From Octopus sinensis (lineage: Eukaryota), in contig NC_043006.1 of assembly GCF_006345805.1 (NCBI RefSeq), positions 69,812,001 to 69,876,000 on the forward strand: a stretch of 64,000 nucleotides of DNA, written 5' to 3'. Positions 52,519-64,000 of this stretch are shown in pieces. Each line of letters opens with the position of its first letter. The stretch's first letter is position 1. The translations under genes were made by a program, and so were the position numbers. A model generated the notes under the pieces. That model did no database searches. It worked only from the letters and a program-made list of their open reading frames with translations, and had not been told where the DNA came from.

Positions 52519-53074
52519 TGTCCTGATGGAGTACCGGGCAGTGGCTCTCATGGCTTCTGTTCTTAGGTAATTGGAAGTGTTATCATGTACATGTTGTGTC
52601 TTGGTGTAGAAAATGGGCTTACAACGAATATTCTGCTCAAAACTGCAGATCTCTTGTAAGCTGCTTGACCTTAACCAGTTGAGCATGTCCCTTAGTGGCT
52701 GATGATATGTGCATCGCTGATCAAGAGCGGAAGTAGTGAGAGAACATCATAGCCATGTGTTGAGGGGAATTCTTTGGGCTTTGAATAATTTACCGCTGGA
52801 ATCATTTGTGTTTCATTCAACATCCTTAAACAACCCTTATTCAGCGACCTTTTGAGTGTGATGCGCTACTTGACTTGCAAAAATTCTAATTGAGCCCCAC
52901 CAAAAAGGTCATGCGATGAATACTTTAATATTAGACCATCATGTCGCGCACACATGTCTGCCACGTATGTGTCTGATGTATCCTTATCAGACTGGTAGTC
53001 ATGATGGGTATACTAGGTTTCGTATATTTGTATCCCTGTGTCAATTTGATGGGCCTGTGCTGCTCCCTCACTCA
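52519..53074 (+). mobile_element. Element X, copy 3 (most diverged)
   Basis: tgtcctgatggagtacc..ctgctccctcactca. Confidence 0.8.
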
Positions 53075-53102
53075 ACAACAAAAACAATGATAATAATAAT
53101 AA

Positions 53103-53321
53103 TTGTCGGAGTCTTGGGAACAGTGAGTAAAAATCTTGAGAAGTATATGGAACAAATAAGGGCTGCAATAAGGGCGGAGCACTTGCAGTAAACAGCACTG
53201 CTTGGAACTGCTCAAATACTCCGGATGGAGCTCGAAAAATAAAGGGTGTTACCTTAGTTCACTGGTAGTGAACAGCTGGCACCGTAGTACATCTTCAGCG
53301 ACAGAAACTGAGCAAAGACAA
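53103..53321 (+). mobile_element. R4/Dong 3' end (lineage D7)
   Basis: VGVLGTVSKNLEKY..LQ*TALLGTAQILRMELEK*; TAA on both sides. Confidence 0.85.
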
Positions 53322-53334
53322 CGAATAATAATAA

Positions 53335-53377
<43 letters not shown>

Positions 53378-53378
<1 letters not shown>

Positions 53379-53932
53379 GCCATGATGCAGTACAGGCAGT
53401 GGCTCTCGTGGCTCCTAATCGTAACTGACTGGAAGTGTTATCATGTACATTGTTTTGTCTTGGTATAAAAGATGGGTTACAGCAAATATTCTGCTCAATA
53501 CCACACATTTGCTTTTCAGTTGCTTGACCTTAACCAGTTGTGCATGTCCCTTAGTGGCTGACGATATGTGCATCTCTGATCACGAGCAGAAGTAGTGGGG
53601 GAGCATCATAGCTATGTGTTGAGAGGGATTCTTTGGGGTTTGAATAATTCACCTCTGGAAACATGGGCTTTTCGTTCAACATCCTTAAACAACCCTTATT
53701 CAGGGATCTTTTGAGCGGGATGGGTTACTCGACCAGAAGAAAATTCTAACTGGGCCCCATTTGCAAGGTCATGTTCTGTTTATCTTGATATGAGATCAGC
53801 ATATCGCGCACATATGGTTGTGATGCATGTGCCTTGCGTACCCTTATCAGACGGGTGTTCATGAAGGGTATGCTGGGCTCCATGTATTTTACCCCAGTGT
53901 CACTTTGATGGCATGCACTGCTCTCTCACTCA
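53378..53932 (+). mobile_element. Element X, copy 4
   Basis: tgccatgatgcagtac..ctctctcactca; TAA on both sides. Confidence 0.85.
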
Positions 53933-53977
53933 ATAATAATGATAATGATAATAATAATAATAATGATAATAATAATA

Positions 53978-54014
<37 letters not shown>

Positions 54015-54015
<1 letters not shown>

Positions 54016-54270
54016 GAAACATTTTCTATAATAGTGGGCGCATTAGGTATGATAAAAAAATATTTAGACAAATACATAACAAAATACCAGGACTTACAAA
54101 TACATATAACATACAGAAAATTGCACTACTCGGCACTGCACACATCCTACGTAAAACACATTCAATACGGTAACCATAAGAGCATCACAACAAACCACGC
54201 ACATACCCAAGGTACACAGAGCTGCGCTCGGTAGTGAAGTGAAAGCACGTTTTAAAAATAAAACTACTGA
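54015..54270 (+). mobile_element. R4/Dong 3' end (lineage D1), 255 bp
   Basis: ETFSIIVGALGMIKKY..LGTAHILRK plus D1 UTR; TAA on both sides. Confidence 0.9.
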
Positions 54271-54278
54271 ATAATAAT

Positions 54279-54345
<67 letters not shown>

Positions 54346-54349
<4 letters not shown>

Positions 54350-57305
54350 CAAAAAGCGATATCACTGAGCTAAATGACTTAATATACGCAGCAGCCATTG
54401 CAGCCTCAAAACAAGCTGGATACTCACTCAAACCCATCCAAACAGGAGTACCACCACCCAAACAAACCTTGTGGATAAATAACATCCAAAACAAAATACA
54501 AAAAATGAGAAAAGATCTGTCGATTCTTAATGAAATCAGCAAACAATCAACGCTACTGAGCAACAAAAAGAAAACAAAAATACTCCGCAAATATAACATC
54601 ACAGAAAAAAATTTACCTGAGATAAAAGAAAAGCTGAAGCGAGATATCCTTGCCAAAGCACAAAGGATCCGCCGGTACGAGAAACGCCAGCGCTTCTTTG
54701 AACAAAACAAAAAGTTCAACTCCAACCCCAAAAAGTTCTACCAAGAACTTGGCAAAAATAAAATAGAAGTCACTGCAGCACCAACGGCAGAAGAATTGGA
54801 AGAATTCTGGAGAGAAATATGGTCGGCGAACGAACAACCAAAAAAAAGGAGTATCAAAATAACAAACTCGGCATCTGAACAACTTTGGACCCCCATAACA
54901 ACTGAAGAGGTCACCCAGGCACTGCAAAGACTAAGCAACTGGAAGGCACCTGGGCATGACAAGATCCCCAACTTCTGGTTGAAATATCTAACAGGAATGC
55001 ACAAAAAGCTGGCTGAAAACTTTAACAACATACTAGCAGAGCCAGAGACAATGCCTGAATGGCTCACGAAGGGGAAAACCATCTTAATTCCCAAATCAAA
55101 TGAGACAGCAAAACCAGAAAACTACAGACCAATAACCTGCCTCCCTGCAATGTTCAAGGCATTTACTGCAGTGATATCGCAAAGGTTGAACAAGCACCTG
55201 GACGAAAACAAACTGTTCCCAGAAGAGCAGAAAGGATGCCGCAAAGGCTCATATGGCTGTAAAGATCAACTAATGATTAATAAAGCCATAACTGAAGACA
55301 GTCACAAAAAGAAGAAAGACCTCAGTATGGCCTGGATTGACTACAAAAAGGCGTTTGATAGCATCCCCCACACATGGATCCTCGAAACACTAGCCATTAA
55401 CAAAGTAGCACCAACAATCATAAAATTCATAGGGCACTCTATGAATAAATGGCAAACAGTCCTACACCTCCAAACAAAAGAGGGACTCATGAAAACCAAA
55501 TACATCCCCATTAGAAGAGGAATATTCCAGGGAGACACTCTCTCTCCACTCCTTTTCTGCTTGGCACTGTCACCTCTATCTGATATACTAAATAGAACTG
55601 GATGCGGATATAAATGTTACGGCAAAACGATCAGCCACCTTTTATATATGGATGACCTAAAACTATACGCTGCAAATGACAAACAGCTGGAAACACTATT
55701 AAAGACAGTTCATGGATTTACCAAAGAAATAGATATGAAATTTGGGTTAGAAAAATGCGCCAAAGTAACCATGAAAAGAGGAAAACTAGTTAAGAGTAGC
55801 AACATCACACAAGATAAAACCAATGAAATAAAAGAATTAGACCAAAGCCAAACTTACAAATACTTAGGAATCCATGAACTAGATAAGACACAACACACAC
55901 AAATGAAAGAGAAAATAAAAAAAGAATATTATAGACGAGTTAGATCAATACTAAACGCAGAGCTCAATGCTAAAAACAAGATAATAGGTATTAACACTTT
56001 AGCTGTCCCAGTTATAAGTTACAGCTACAATATCCTTAACTGGACACGAAATGAACTGACCAAAATAGATAGGAAAACAAGAAAAATAATGACAGGATCT
56101 AGGATGCATCACCCAAAATCTGACATAGAAAGACTATATATACAACGTATAGAAGGTGGTAGAGGCCTTATACAACTGGAAAACTACTATAAAATAACCA
56201 CCATAGGACTGCAAAAATATCTACTTCAGAAGGAAGGAAAACTGATACAAATAGCGGCAAAACACGAGCAAAACAAAAAACTGTTCTCAGTATTTAAGGA
56301 AGCTGACAAAAAAAAACAAGAAATCATACCACCTAATAAATATGAAGAAGAAGAAGAAGAGAAGAAGAAAACACAAAAAGCTAAAAACAAATGAAATCAA
56401 AACTAAAACTAAAAATAGAACAGCAACGAACCATGATAAAACGATGGCAAGAAAAGCCCCTTCATGGTAAATACTGGACTAAACTAAACGCAAAAGAAAT
56501 AGACAAAGAAAAATCCCAGCAATGGTTGAGAAGCTCAGGACTCAAAGCAGAAACAGAGGGATTTTTAATTGCAGCACAAGACCAAAGCCTCCCCACCAGA
56601 AATAACCAAAAACATGTAATGAAAAGAAATATAACAAGTAACTGCAGAATATGTGGAGATGGACAAGAAACAATAAATCATATTATCTCTAGCTGCCCAG
56701 TCCTGGCTAAGAAGGAATATATTCACAGACATGACAGAGTTGGGATCTATAAATACTGGAAGCTAGGCCAACACTATGGAATAACAACAGAAAAAAGATG
56801 GTATAGGCACACACCAGAAAAGGTCACAGAAAACGAGAAAGCAACCATACGCTGGGATATGCCGATACACACAGATAGAGAAATTAAGGCCAACAGGCCA
56901 GATATAGTTGTCAGAGATCATGAAGAAAAAAAATGCTTCTAATTGATGTATCAATACCGGCAGATGACAACCTGTCTCTAAAAGAAATGGAGAAACTCTC
57001 AAAAAACAAAGACCTGGAAATAGAGGTAACCAGAATGTGGAATCTGAAAACAGAAACAATTCCTATCATAGTAGGTGCATTAGGCATGATAAAAAAATAT
57101 TCAGACAAATACATAACAAAAACACCAGGACTTACAAACACATATATCATAAAGAAAATTGCACTACTAGGCACTGCACACATCCTACGCAGAACACTTT
57201 CCATACAATAACCATCAGAGCATCACAACAAATCACAGCACATACCCAAGGCACACAGAGCTGCGCTCGGTAGTGAAGTGAAAGTACGCTATAAAAATAA
57301 AACTA

Positions 57306-57309
<4 letters not shown>
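54346..57309 (+). mobile_element. Young, 5'-truncated R4/Dong-clade retrotransposon (lineage D1), ~3 kb
   Basis: RT, CCHC (CRIC..H..C, 56643-56697) and RLE (RPDIV 56895, IDV) in three overlapping ORFs; (TAA)n at 54271-54345 and 57310-57393. Confidence 0.97.
54469..56394 (+). CDS. Reverse transcriptase domain ORF of the D1 element (the frame is open back to ~54346; not a host gene)
   Basis: 641 aa with WKAPGHD, NYRPITCL, QKGCRKG, WIDYKKAFDS, GIFQGDTLSP, YMDD (55645-55656), YKYLG, GGRGL; continues via frameshifts in 56391-56942 and 56933-57211. Confidence 0.9.
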   Translation: MWINNIQNKIQKMRKDLSILNEISKQSTLLSNKKKTKILRKYNITEKNLPEIKEKLKRDILAKAQRIRRYEKRQRFFEQNKKFNSNPKKFYQELGKNKIEVTAAPTAEELEEFWREIWSANEQPKKRSIKITNSASEQLWTPITTEEVTQALQRLSNWKAPGHDKIPNFWLKYLTGMHKKLAENFNNILAEPETMPEWLTKGKTILIPKSNETAKPENYRPITCLPAMFKAFTAVISQRLNKHLDENKLFPEEQKGCRKGSYGCKDQLMINKAITEDSHKKKKDLSMAWIDYKKAFDSIPHTWILETLAINKVAPTIIKFIGHSMNKWQTVLHLQTKEGLMKTKYIPIRRGIFQGDTLSPLLFCLALSPLSDILNRTGCGYKCYGKTISHLLYMDDLKLYAANDKQLETLLKTVHGFTKEIDMKFGLEKCAKVTMKRGKLVKSSNITQDKTNEIKELDQSQTYKYLGIHELDKTQHTQMKEKIKKEYYRRVRSILNAELNAKNKIIGINTLAVPVISYSYNILNWTRNELTKIDRKTRKIMTGSRMHHPKSDIERLYIQRIEGGRGLIQLENYYKITTIGLQKYLLQKEGKLIQIAAKHEQNKKLFSVFKEADKKKQEIIPPNKYEEEEEEKKKTQKAKNK

Positions 57310-57393
<84 letters not shown>

Positions 57394-57395
<2 letters not shown>

Positions 57396-60300
57396 GTGAT
57401 ACACTCCCTAAAATCCGCAACTCTAACCAAAACATGAAAATAATTGGTAATAATTTCAGCTAATGATGTTGATATCACAGATTTCAACCACCTATACTAT
57501 GCATCCGCGAAAATCTCAACGATCCTATGTGGTGTAAAGATTAGAAAACGGCAACATTTCCACAAAAAGCCTTCTTGGCAAGAGCATTTGCAACAACAAA
57601 TTAAACTATTTAGATCTGACATTGAATATTTGAAAAACCTTAAGGTTCATAAGACTACCAAACCTACAAAAACCCCAAAACTAATGAAAAAATATAATAT
57701 GAAAACTATACTTGATATTGATGCCACCATAGAAACCATCAAGCAAAAGGTATCTGCTAAAGCTACCGCATAGCGAGGTATGAAAAGCGTGTTAGATTCT
57801 TCAGGGACAACATGTTCAAAAATAACCCCAACAATTTTTACAGGAAGATAGGAAAAACACCAGTTACTGTAAAGTCTGTACCATCAAAAGAAGTGCAGCG
57901 ATTTTGGAATAAAATTTGGGCAGAAGAAAAAACACACAACGAGAAGGCCCCCTGGATTGATAGAATATCTAAAGAACTGAACTCCTTAGAAGAGCAAAAG
58001 TGGGAGGGTGTCAAGGTAGAAGATATAAGATCTGCTCTCAGGAGGTCAAGCAAATGGAAGTCTCCAGGAAAGGATAAAATCCCTAACTTCTGGTTGAATG
58101 CCTCTCCAGAGAGCCATGAACTGATAACAGAACTTTACAATGATGTTTTGCAAACCCTAGTAGGATGCCTCCTTGGCTAGTTAATGGGTTAACATTCCTG
58201 CTTCCAAAAAGTGAAGAAACAAATGAACCAAAAAACTATAGACCCATAACCTGCTTAACAACTATGTATAAAACACTAACATCTGTCCTGACGGAATATA
58301 CCTATAGTTTTTTGACAGACTGCAGCATATTCCCTAATGAACAGAAAGGATGTAAACGTGGATCCTACGGTTGTAAAGATCAACTACTCATCAATAAGAT
58401 GATCTTAGAAGATTGCCACAAACGACACAAAAACTTATCAATAGCCTAGATAGACTATAAAAAGGCTTTTGATAGCCTACCACATAGCTGGATTAAGAAA
58501 TGCCTAAAAATGTATAAGATAGCACCTAATCTGCGAAACTTTTTGTCTGTAGGTATGAGATCATGGAAAACCACACTAACTGGGAACAGCCACAATGAAT
58601 CTCTAAATGCTGGTGATGTAAAAATTTCATGTGGCATTTTCCAGGGTGACTTACTATCACCACTCCTCTTCTGTTTAGCCTTAATACCTCTCTCAAAACT
58701 GCTCAATGACGCGCAGTACGCGTGATAAAAATATAAATCATCTCATTTATATGGATGATTTAAAGCTCTTTGCAAAAAATGACCAACAACTCAAGAGCTT
58801 ACTAGCGATTGTCAAACAATTCAGTGATGACATCAGAATGCAATTTGGCCTCGATAAATGTGCAAAAGCTACCTTTATCAAAGGAAAAATGACAGAAACA
58901 TCTAACGTTAACCTTGACCAGCAGAATGTCATAAAAGAATTAGACCCAGCGGAGAACTACAAGTATCTAGGGGTAATTGAAGGAGACGGAATAAGGCATT
59001 CAGAGATGAAGGAAAGGATCAGGAGAGAATGTTATCGCAGAGTAAGAGCAATACTCAAGACAGAGCTGAATGCGAGAATCAGGATCGAAGCGATCAATGC
59101 ATTAGCCATACCAGTCGTGACTTACAGTTTCAATATCGTTAACTGGTCAATTACTGAAATATGTAATCTTGACAGAAAAATACGAAAACTGTTGACAACG
59201 CATAGAATGCGCCACCCTAAGGCAGAAGCAGAACGACTTTATCTGCCAAGAAAAGAGGGAGGCAGTGGACTTATACAACTGGCAATAACAATGAAGATTG
59301 CTACAATTGGCCTAGACACCTACCTGAAAAACTCTGAGGACTGGATGTTAAAACTTGTCTCAAAACATGAAAACAAGAAAGCATCATACTCAGTAACAAA
59401 ATAGGCAAAGGAATATCTAAGTGAATTCCGAATACAACAAATTTCGGAATTAGAGATAGACATACAAGAAACAGGCACAGAAAAAGCTAAGCGCATGAAA
59501 ACCCGTGCTAAATCTGCGGCCTTAGATATTCTGAATGATAAATGGCAAGAAAAACCTCTCTATGGCAAATACCCAAAGAGAGCGAATAATGCAGATGTTG
59601 AGAAAGCCCTGACCCATCAATGGCTAATGGCCTCTGGCTTAAAATCTGAAACAGAGGGGTTTATCATAGCAGCTCAAGATCAATGCCTACCAACAAGAAA
59701 CTACCAGGCCAACATATTAAAGATCAGCAGCAGTCCAACGTGTCGTGTATGCCAGCAACAAAATGAAACCATTGATCATGTGGTCTCCAAGTGCAGTCTT
59801 CTAGCGCCTACAGAGTATCTCAACAGGCACGATAGAGCTGCACAATATATTCACTGGGTAATCTGCAAAAACCTGGATTTGCCCCATGAAAAAAACTGGT
59901 GGGAACACAAACCACCCCCAGTGCTTGAAAATGACCACATCTCACTCCTCTGGAACTTCACCATTCAAACTGACAGAAAGATAGATGCAAATAGGCCAGA
60001 CATCATATTGAAAGACTTCAGACAAAGAACATGCCTTCCTCATTGATATGACTGTCCCAATCGATATAAACGTATCTGTCAAGACCTACCAAAAACTGAG
60101 CAAATATAAAGATCTTGAAATAGAAATCAGCAAAATGTGGAACCTGAAGACTAAAACAATACCTGTTGTTATAGGTGCCCTGGGAATGATAGCAAAAGGG
60201 GCTGATAGCTACCTAACTCAGATACCAGGAAACCCCAAAATGGCAGAAATTCAAAAGATAGTGCTCATGGGAACTGCTCATATCCTACGCAAAATACTTT

Positions 60301-60481
60301 CTATGTAATCTCAAGTTTTAAAACAAACATTTTTTTAGACATCCACCAGTACAACACAAAAAACAACCAAATATATGGCACACTAGGCATAACAACAACG
60401 TGAACTTCTAACCTGTTGTCTCTTGAGGTCTCTGGGTGAGACTTGGAGCCAACTTGTACAAATATAAAGCAAAAGTCAAAC
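57394..60481 (+). mobile_element. R4/Dong-clade retrotransposon (lineage D2), ~3.1 kb, pseudogenised
   Basis: WKSPGKDKIPNFW, NYRPITCL, GIFQGDLLSP, YMDD, CRVC..H..C..RHD, RPDII; in-frame stops (57771, 58447, 59402) and frameshifts; TAA on both sides. Confidence 0.95.
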
Positions 60482-60482
60482 A

Positions 60483-60566
<84 letters not shown>

Positions 60567-60570
<4 letters not shown>

Positions 60571-60944
60571 CAGCAAAATGTGGAACCTGAAGACTAAAAC
60601 AATACCTGTTGTCATAGGTGCCCTGGGAATGATAGCAAAAGGGGCTGATTGCTACCTAACTCAGATACCAGGAAACCCCAAAATGGCAGAAATTCAAAAG
60701 ATAGTGCTCATGGGAACTGCTCATATCCTACGCAAAATACTTTCTATGTAATCTCAAGTTTTAAAACAAACATAATTTTCGTATGTTGTTTTTAGACATT
60801 CACTTGTACAACACTAAATACAAAACCAAATATATGGCACACTAGGCATTACATCAACATGAACTTCCAACCTGTTGTCTCTTGAGGTCTCTGGGTGAGA
60901 CTTGGAGCCAACTTGTACAAATATAAAGCAAAAGTCAAACAGAG
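60567..60944 (+). mobile_element. Second D2 3' end inserted in the TAA tract immediately downstream
   Basis: Nearly identical to 60124-60481 in the coding part but with several UTR differences. Confidence 0.92.
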
Positions 60945-61244
60945 AATAATAATAATAATAATAATGATGATGATGATGATGAGGATGATAATAATAATAA
61001 ATAATAATAATATGAACACCCACGTCTTTAAAATCTTTTAGACCCGGAAATTTATTGCAGGTTCAAGTAAATTTCCCATCATCATTATGCCAGTTCTAAT
61101 TGCTACAAACTCTACCTGCTTCATCCGGGACTCACCCCACAAATAGCCAACTTACGACACACACAACTCAAATACTCTCGCAAAAAGGAAAATATTAATC
61201 ACCACCGCCGCCACCACCACCACCACCACCACCAGGAACAACAA

Positions 61245-61300
<56 letters not shown>

Positions 61301-61480
61301 ACATCATCGTCATCATCAAACAACAACAACATCATTATCATCAGCATCATTATCATCGCCGCCGTCGTCGTTGCCGTCATCATCGTCATCATAACCATCA
61401 TCTTCTCCATCAATTTTGACATCTAACCCAGATTGTATGAGACTGATATATTTGGGAAATGGGTTTGTTCTCGTTGACAG

Positions 61481-61548
61481 AAAAGGTCACCAGCCAGCAG
61501 GAAGCTCTTCGATTCCATGTTTCATGTTGGATTTAAATGGAACATTGT
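61481..61548 (+). other. Candidate host exon (68 nt), gene unknown
   Basis: Acceptor tttgttctcgttgacag and donor gtaagt around non-repetitive sequence; two frames are open (KRSPASRKLFDSMFHVGFKWNI / KGHQPAGSSSIPCFMLDLNGTL). No homology recognised. Confidence 0.3.
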
Positions 61549-62184
61549 GTAAGTATCTGTATGTGGGTATGTGTACGATTGTGAGTTTGTGCCTATTTTG
61601 AATTTGTGTGTATGTGTGAGATTGAGAGAGAGAGAGCGAAAGAGAAAGAGATTGTGTGTGTGTGTATGTGTATATTTGAGTGTGTGGTACTTTTTTTGCG
61701 TGTACATGTATGTAACATTGTGAATTTTTCTGTGTGCTCCTCAATGCTCACACACACACTCATACACAAACACACAAACACACAAACACAAACACACACG
61801 TACACACACGTAAGAACATTTCTTATATACTTGATGTTGCTTCCTATTACCGCTACACGGAGCAACCAGTTTTTCCTCTTCTTTCAAGTGACCATTTGTG
61901 AAAAAATAAGCGTGAATATTTACAAGACAACGTTTAGCGACGTGTTTTACCAATCTATGCATATGATTCTGTAATATGCTCCAAGAGTTTCTTAAAAGCC
62001 TTTCCACCTGGGAATGGTTGCTCCCGATTAACATACCAGTACTGTTTATCAAGGAAATCACTCCAAGGCTTCGATTTGTTTGATTGAAGGGAAAATCACA
62101 CGTTGTCGAAGGTAGTAAGGTAGTAATCTTCGTTCAGTTTGGATTTCAATATGATCTGGTCCAGTCACGTGTGTTGCTGATGAG

Positions 62185-62800
62185 AGAATGTGTTTCCTCT
62201 TATGTCTACACTTAGAGATGCTTTCTTTCTAAAGTCATTAGCTAATTCAATTAGGACTTCAAATTTTTTTTACATGCATATTTTACATCTGCTATTATTG
62301 CTGTCGATTTATGGTTTAGCCATTCCTGTGATTCTCCACGTCTTCATGTGATATCCATATTACTGATATTCAATATAAAATGTGACAATGTTATAGAATT
62401 CATTTTATCCATGAATATAAATAAATGAGTATGTTGCGTATATCGAATTTGGAAGGTGTTTTTACTATTACTTCTACGCATACATTTAAAATTCTATCTG
62501 CTGTTCTCACATCAGCCCTATACACAAACATCTTCAATAAACATTTTCCATAAAAATCATAGTTTAGTATGTTTCTGAAGTTCAATTAAGTTTGTGATGT
62601 GCTGGCCTTATCAGGAATTTGGTGATAGAGAATGGTAGGACTATTATAAAGAATTCTTGTTAAATAGTTTGCAATATGTGTGTGAAACAGGGAAAGTGTA
62701 TATATTGAACAGTAACAAAGTTCCTCTCTATGTTTGTGGATACATATATACTATATTGTAATAAATTATCCAGTTATTTTTATGTTTTGTGGACAGAACT
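62185..62800 (-). mobile_element. Decayed Penelope-like element (linker plus GIY-YIG endonuclease)
   Basis: Minus strand: FPVSHTYCKLFNKNSL..SY, then NFRN..GKCLLKMFVYRADV, RCKICM*KKF and SKCRHKRKH, matching the PLE C-terminal motif order. Confidence 0.7.
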
Positions 62801-63021
62801 GGTATAGAATGTTGTATGAACTTCAATTTGAGTTTAAATATTTTCTTACAATGCATTTGTTATGAGGTGCGGCGGTTTAGTGAATCCTATTTGGCGTGAT
62901 CTAATCGAAATATAAATTAAGTAACTGTACTGTATATATCATAAACTATGTCTTCCAAACTGGAGCTCTTCTAACAAACTCTGACTCATTCGTCGACAAC
63001 ACTCAACCTGAGATAATCAAT

Positions 63022-63097
<76 letters not shown>

Positions 63098-63113
63098 GCA
63101 CTCACACATGCAC

Positions 63114-63163
<50 letters not shown>

Positions 63164-63204
63164 ATACTTACATATATATATACGTACATATATATGTATA
63201 TATA

Positions 63205-63580
63205 TATATTATTTTACTTGTTTCAGTCATTTTAACTTCGGCCATTCTGGAGCACCGCCTCGAAGGGTTTTATTTGAACAAATCAACCCCAAGACTTATG
63301 TTTTAAAAGCCTAGTACCTGTTCTACCGTTCTGTTTTGGCGAACAGTTCAGTTACGGAGGCGTAAACACACAACACCGGTTGTGAAGCGGTGACGGTGGG
63401 GTACACAGACCCAAAGACACACATACAAACACACACATACGACGGGCTTCTTTCAGCTTCCGTCTACCAAATCTGCTCACAAGGCTTTGGTTGGCCCAAG
63501 ACTATAGTAGAAGACACTTGCCCAAGGTGTCACGCAGTGGGACTGAACCCTGAACTATGTGTTTGAGAAGCACACGCCTA
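63205..63580 (-). mobile_element. SINE family B copy
   Basis: ttttacttgtttcagtcatt..gacgggcttctttcag..gacacttgcccaaggtgtcacgcagtgggactgaacc. Confidence 0.88.
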
Positions 63581-64000
63581 TGCCTAAGATATATATATAT
63601 ATATATATATATATTAAATACCTTTCGTAACATCACCTTTAAAATATTCAATATCACTAAAAGAAAATGTTGGTTGAACAAACGTGTAAAATGAGCAACT
63701 CCAAGCAGCGACAGTGTCAATTAACAGCGCGTATGATAACTAATCATACTCTACAATCTCTGATTAGTAATTTTACATTCGTTTTCTGAACATAATAACT
63801 AAATAATGTTCTAATATCGATGGAGAAGCATAAAAAAAAATGAGGCAGAATATTCATTAACTACACAGACAACATAAAACATTTAATAAGAATTCAGTAT
63901 AATCTAGGTATAATCCTTTGCATAGGAAAAATACAGGTTCCCTTCGTTCAAATTTATCTCATTACCAGATATTTTTAGAATTCATAATCGTTAATTACAA

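Overview
AT-rich, microsatellite-dense eukaryotic DNA. The SINE families and repeat landscape suggest an octopod cephalopod (Octopus sp.); this is an inference from recognised repeat families, not a database result. No host protein-coding gene can be identified with confidence, only two short splice-flanked exon candidates. The window is a transposon patchwork: a decayed Tc1, a mini-mariner, hAT MITEs, Tx1/L1, L2-like and Penelope fragments, Helentron-type (HINE/DINE) elements and four tRNA-derived SINE families. Most notable are about 15 copies or fragments from roughly 8 lineages of R4/Dong-clade (RT + restriction-like endonuclease) non-LTR retrotransposons. Wherever their flanks are readable they sit in (TAA)n tracts with TAA on their sense strand: a minus-strand cluster at 30.7-36.0 kb and a plus-strand stack at 44-61 kb. 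The plus-strand stack also holds four copies of a fixed-length ~555-bp non-coding element with the same TAA-flanked insertion pattern. This is the best candidate for an undescribed system: a non-autonomous parasite of the TAA-targeting Dong machinery. Almost all long ORFs in the supplied track are translations of microsatellites.
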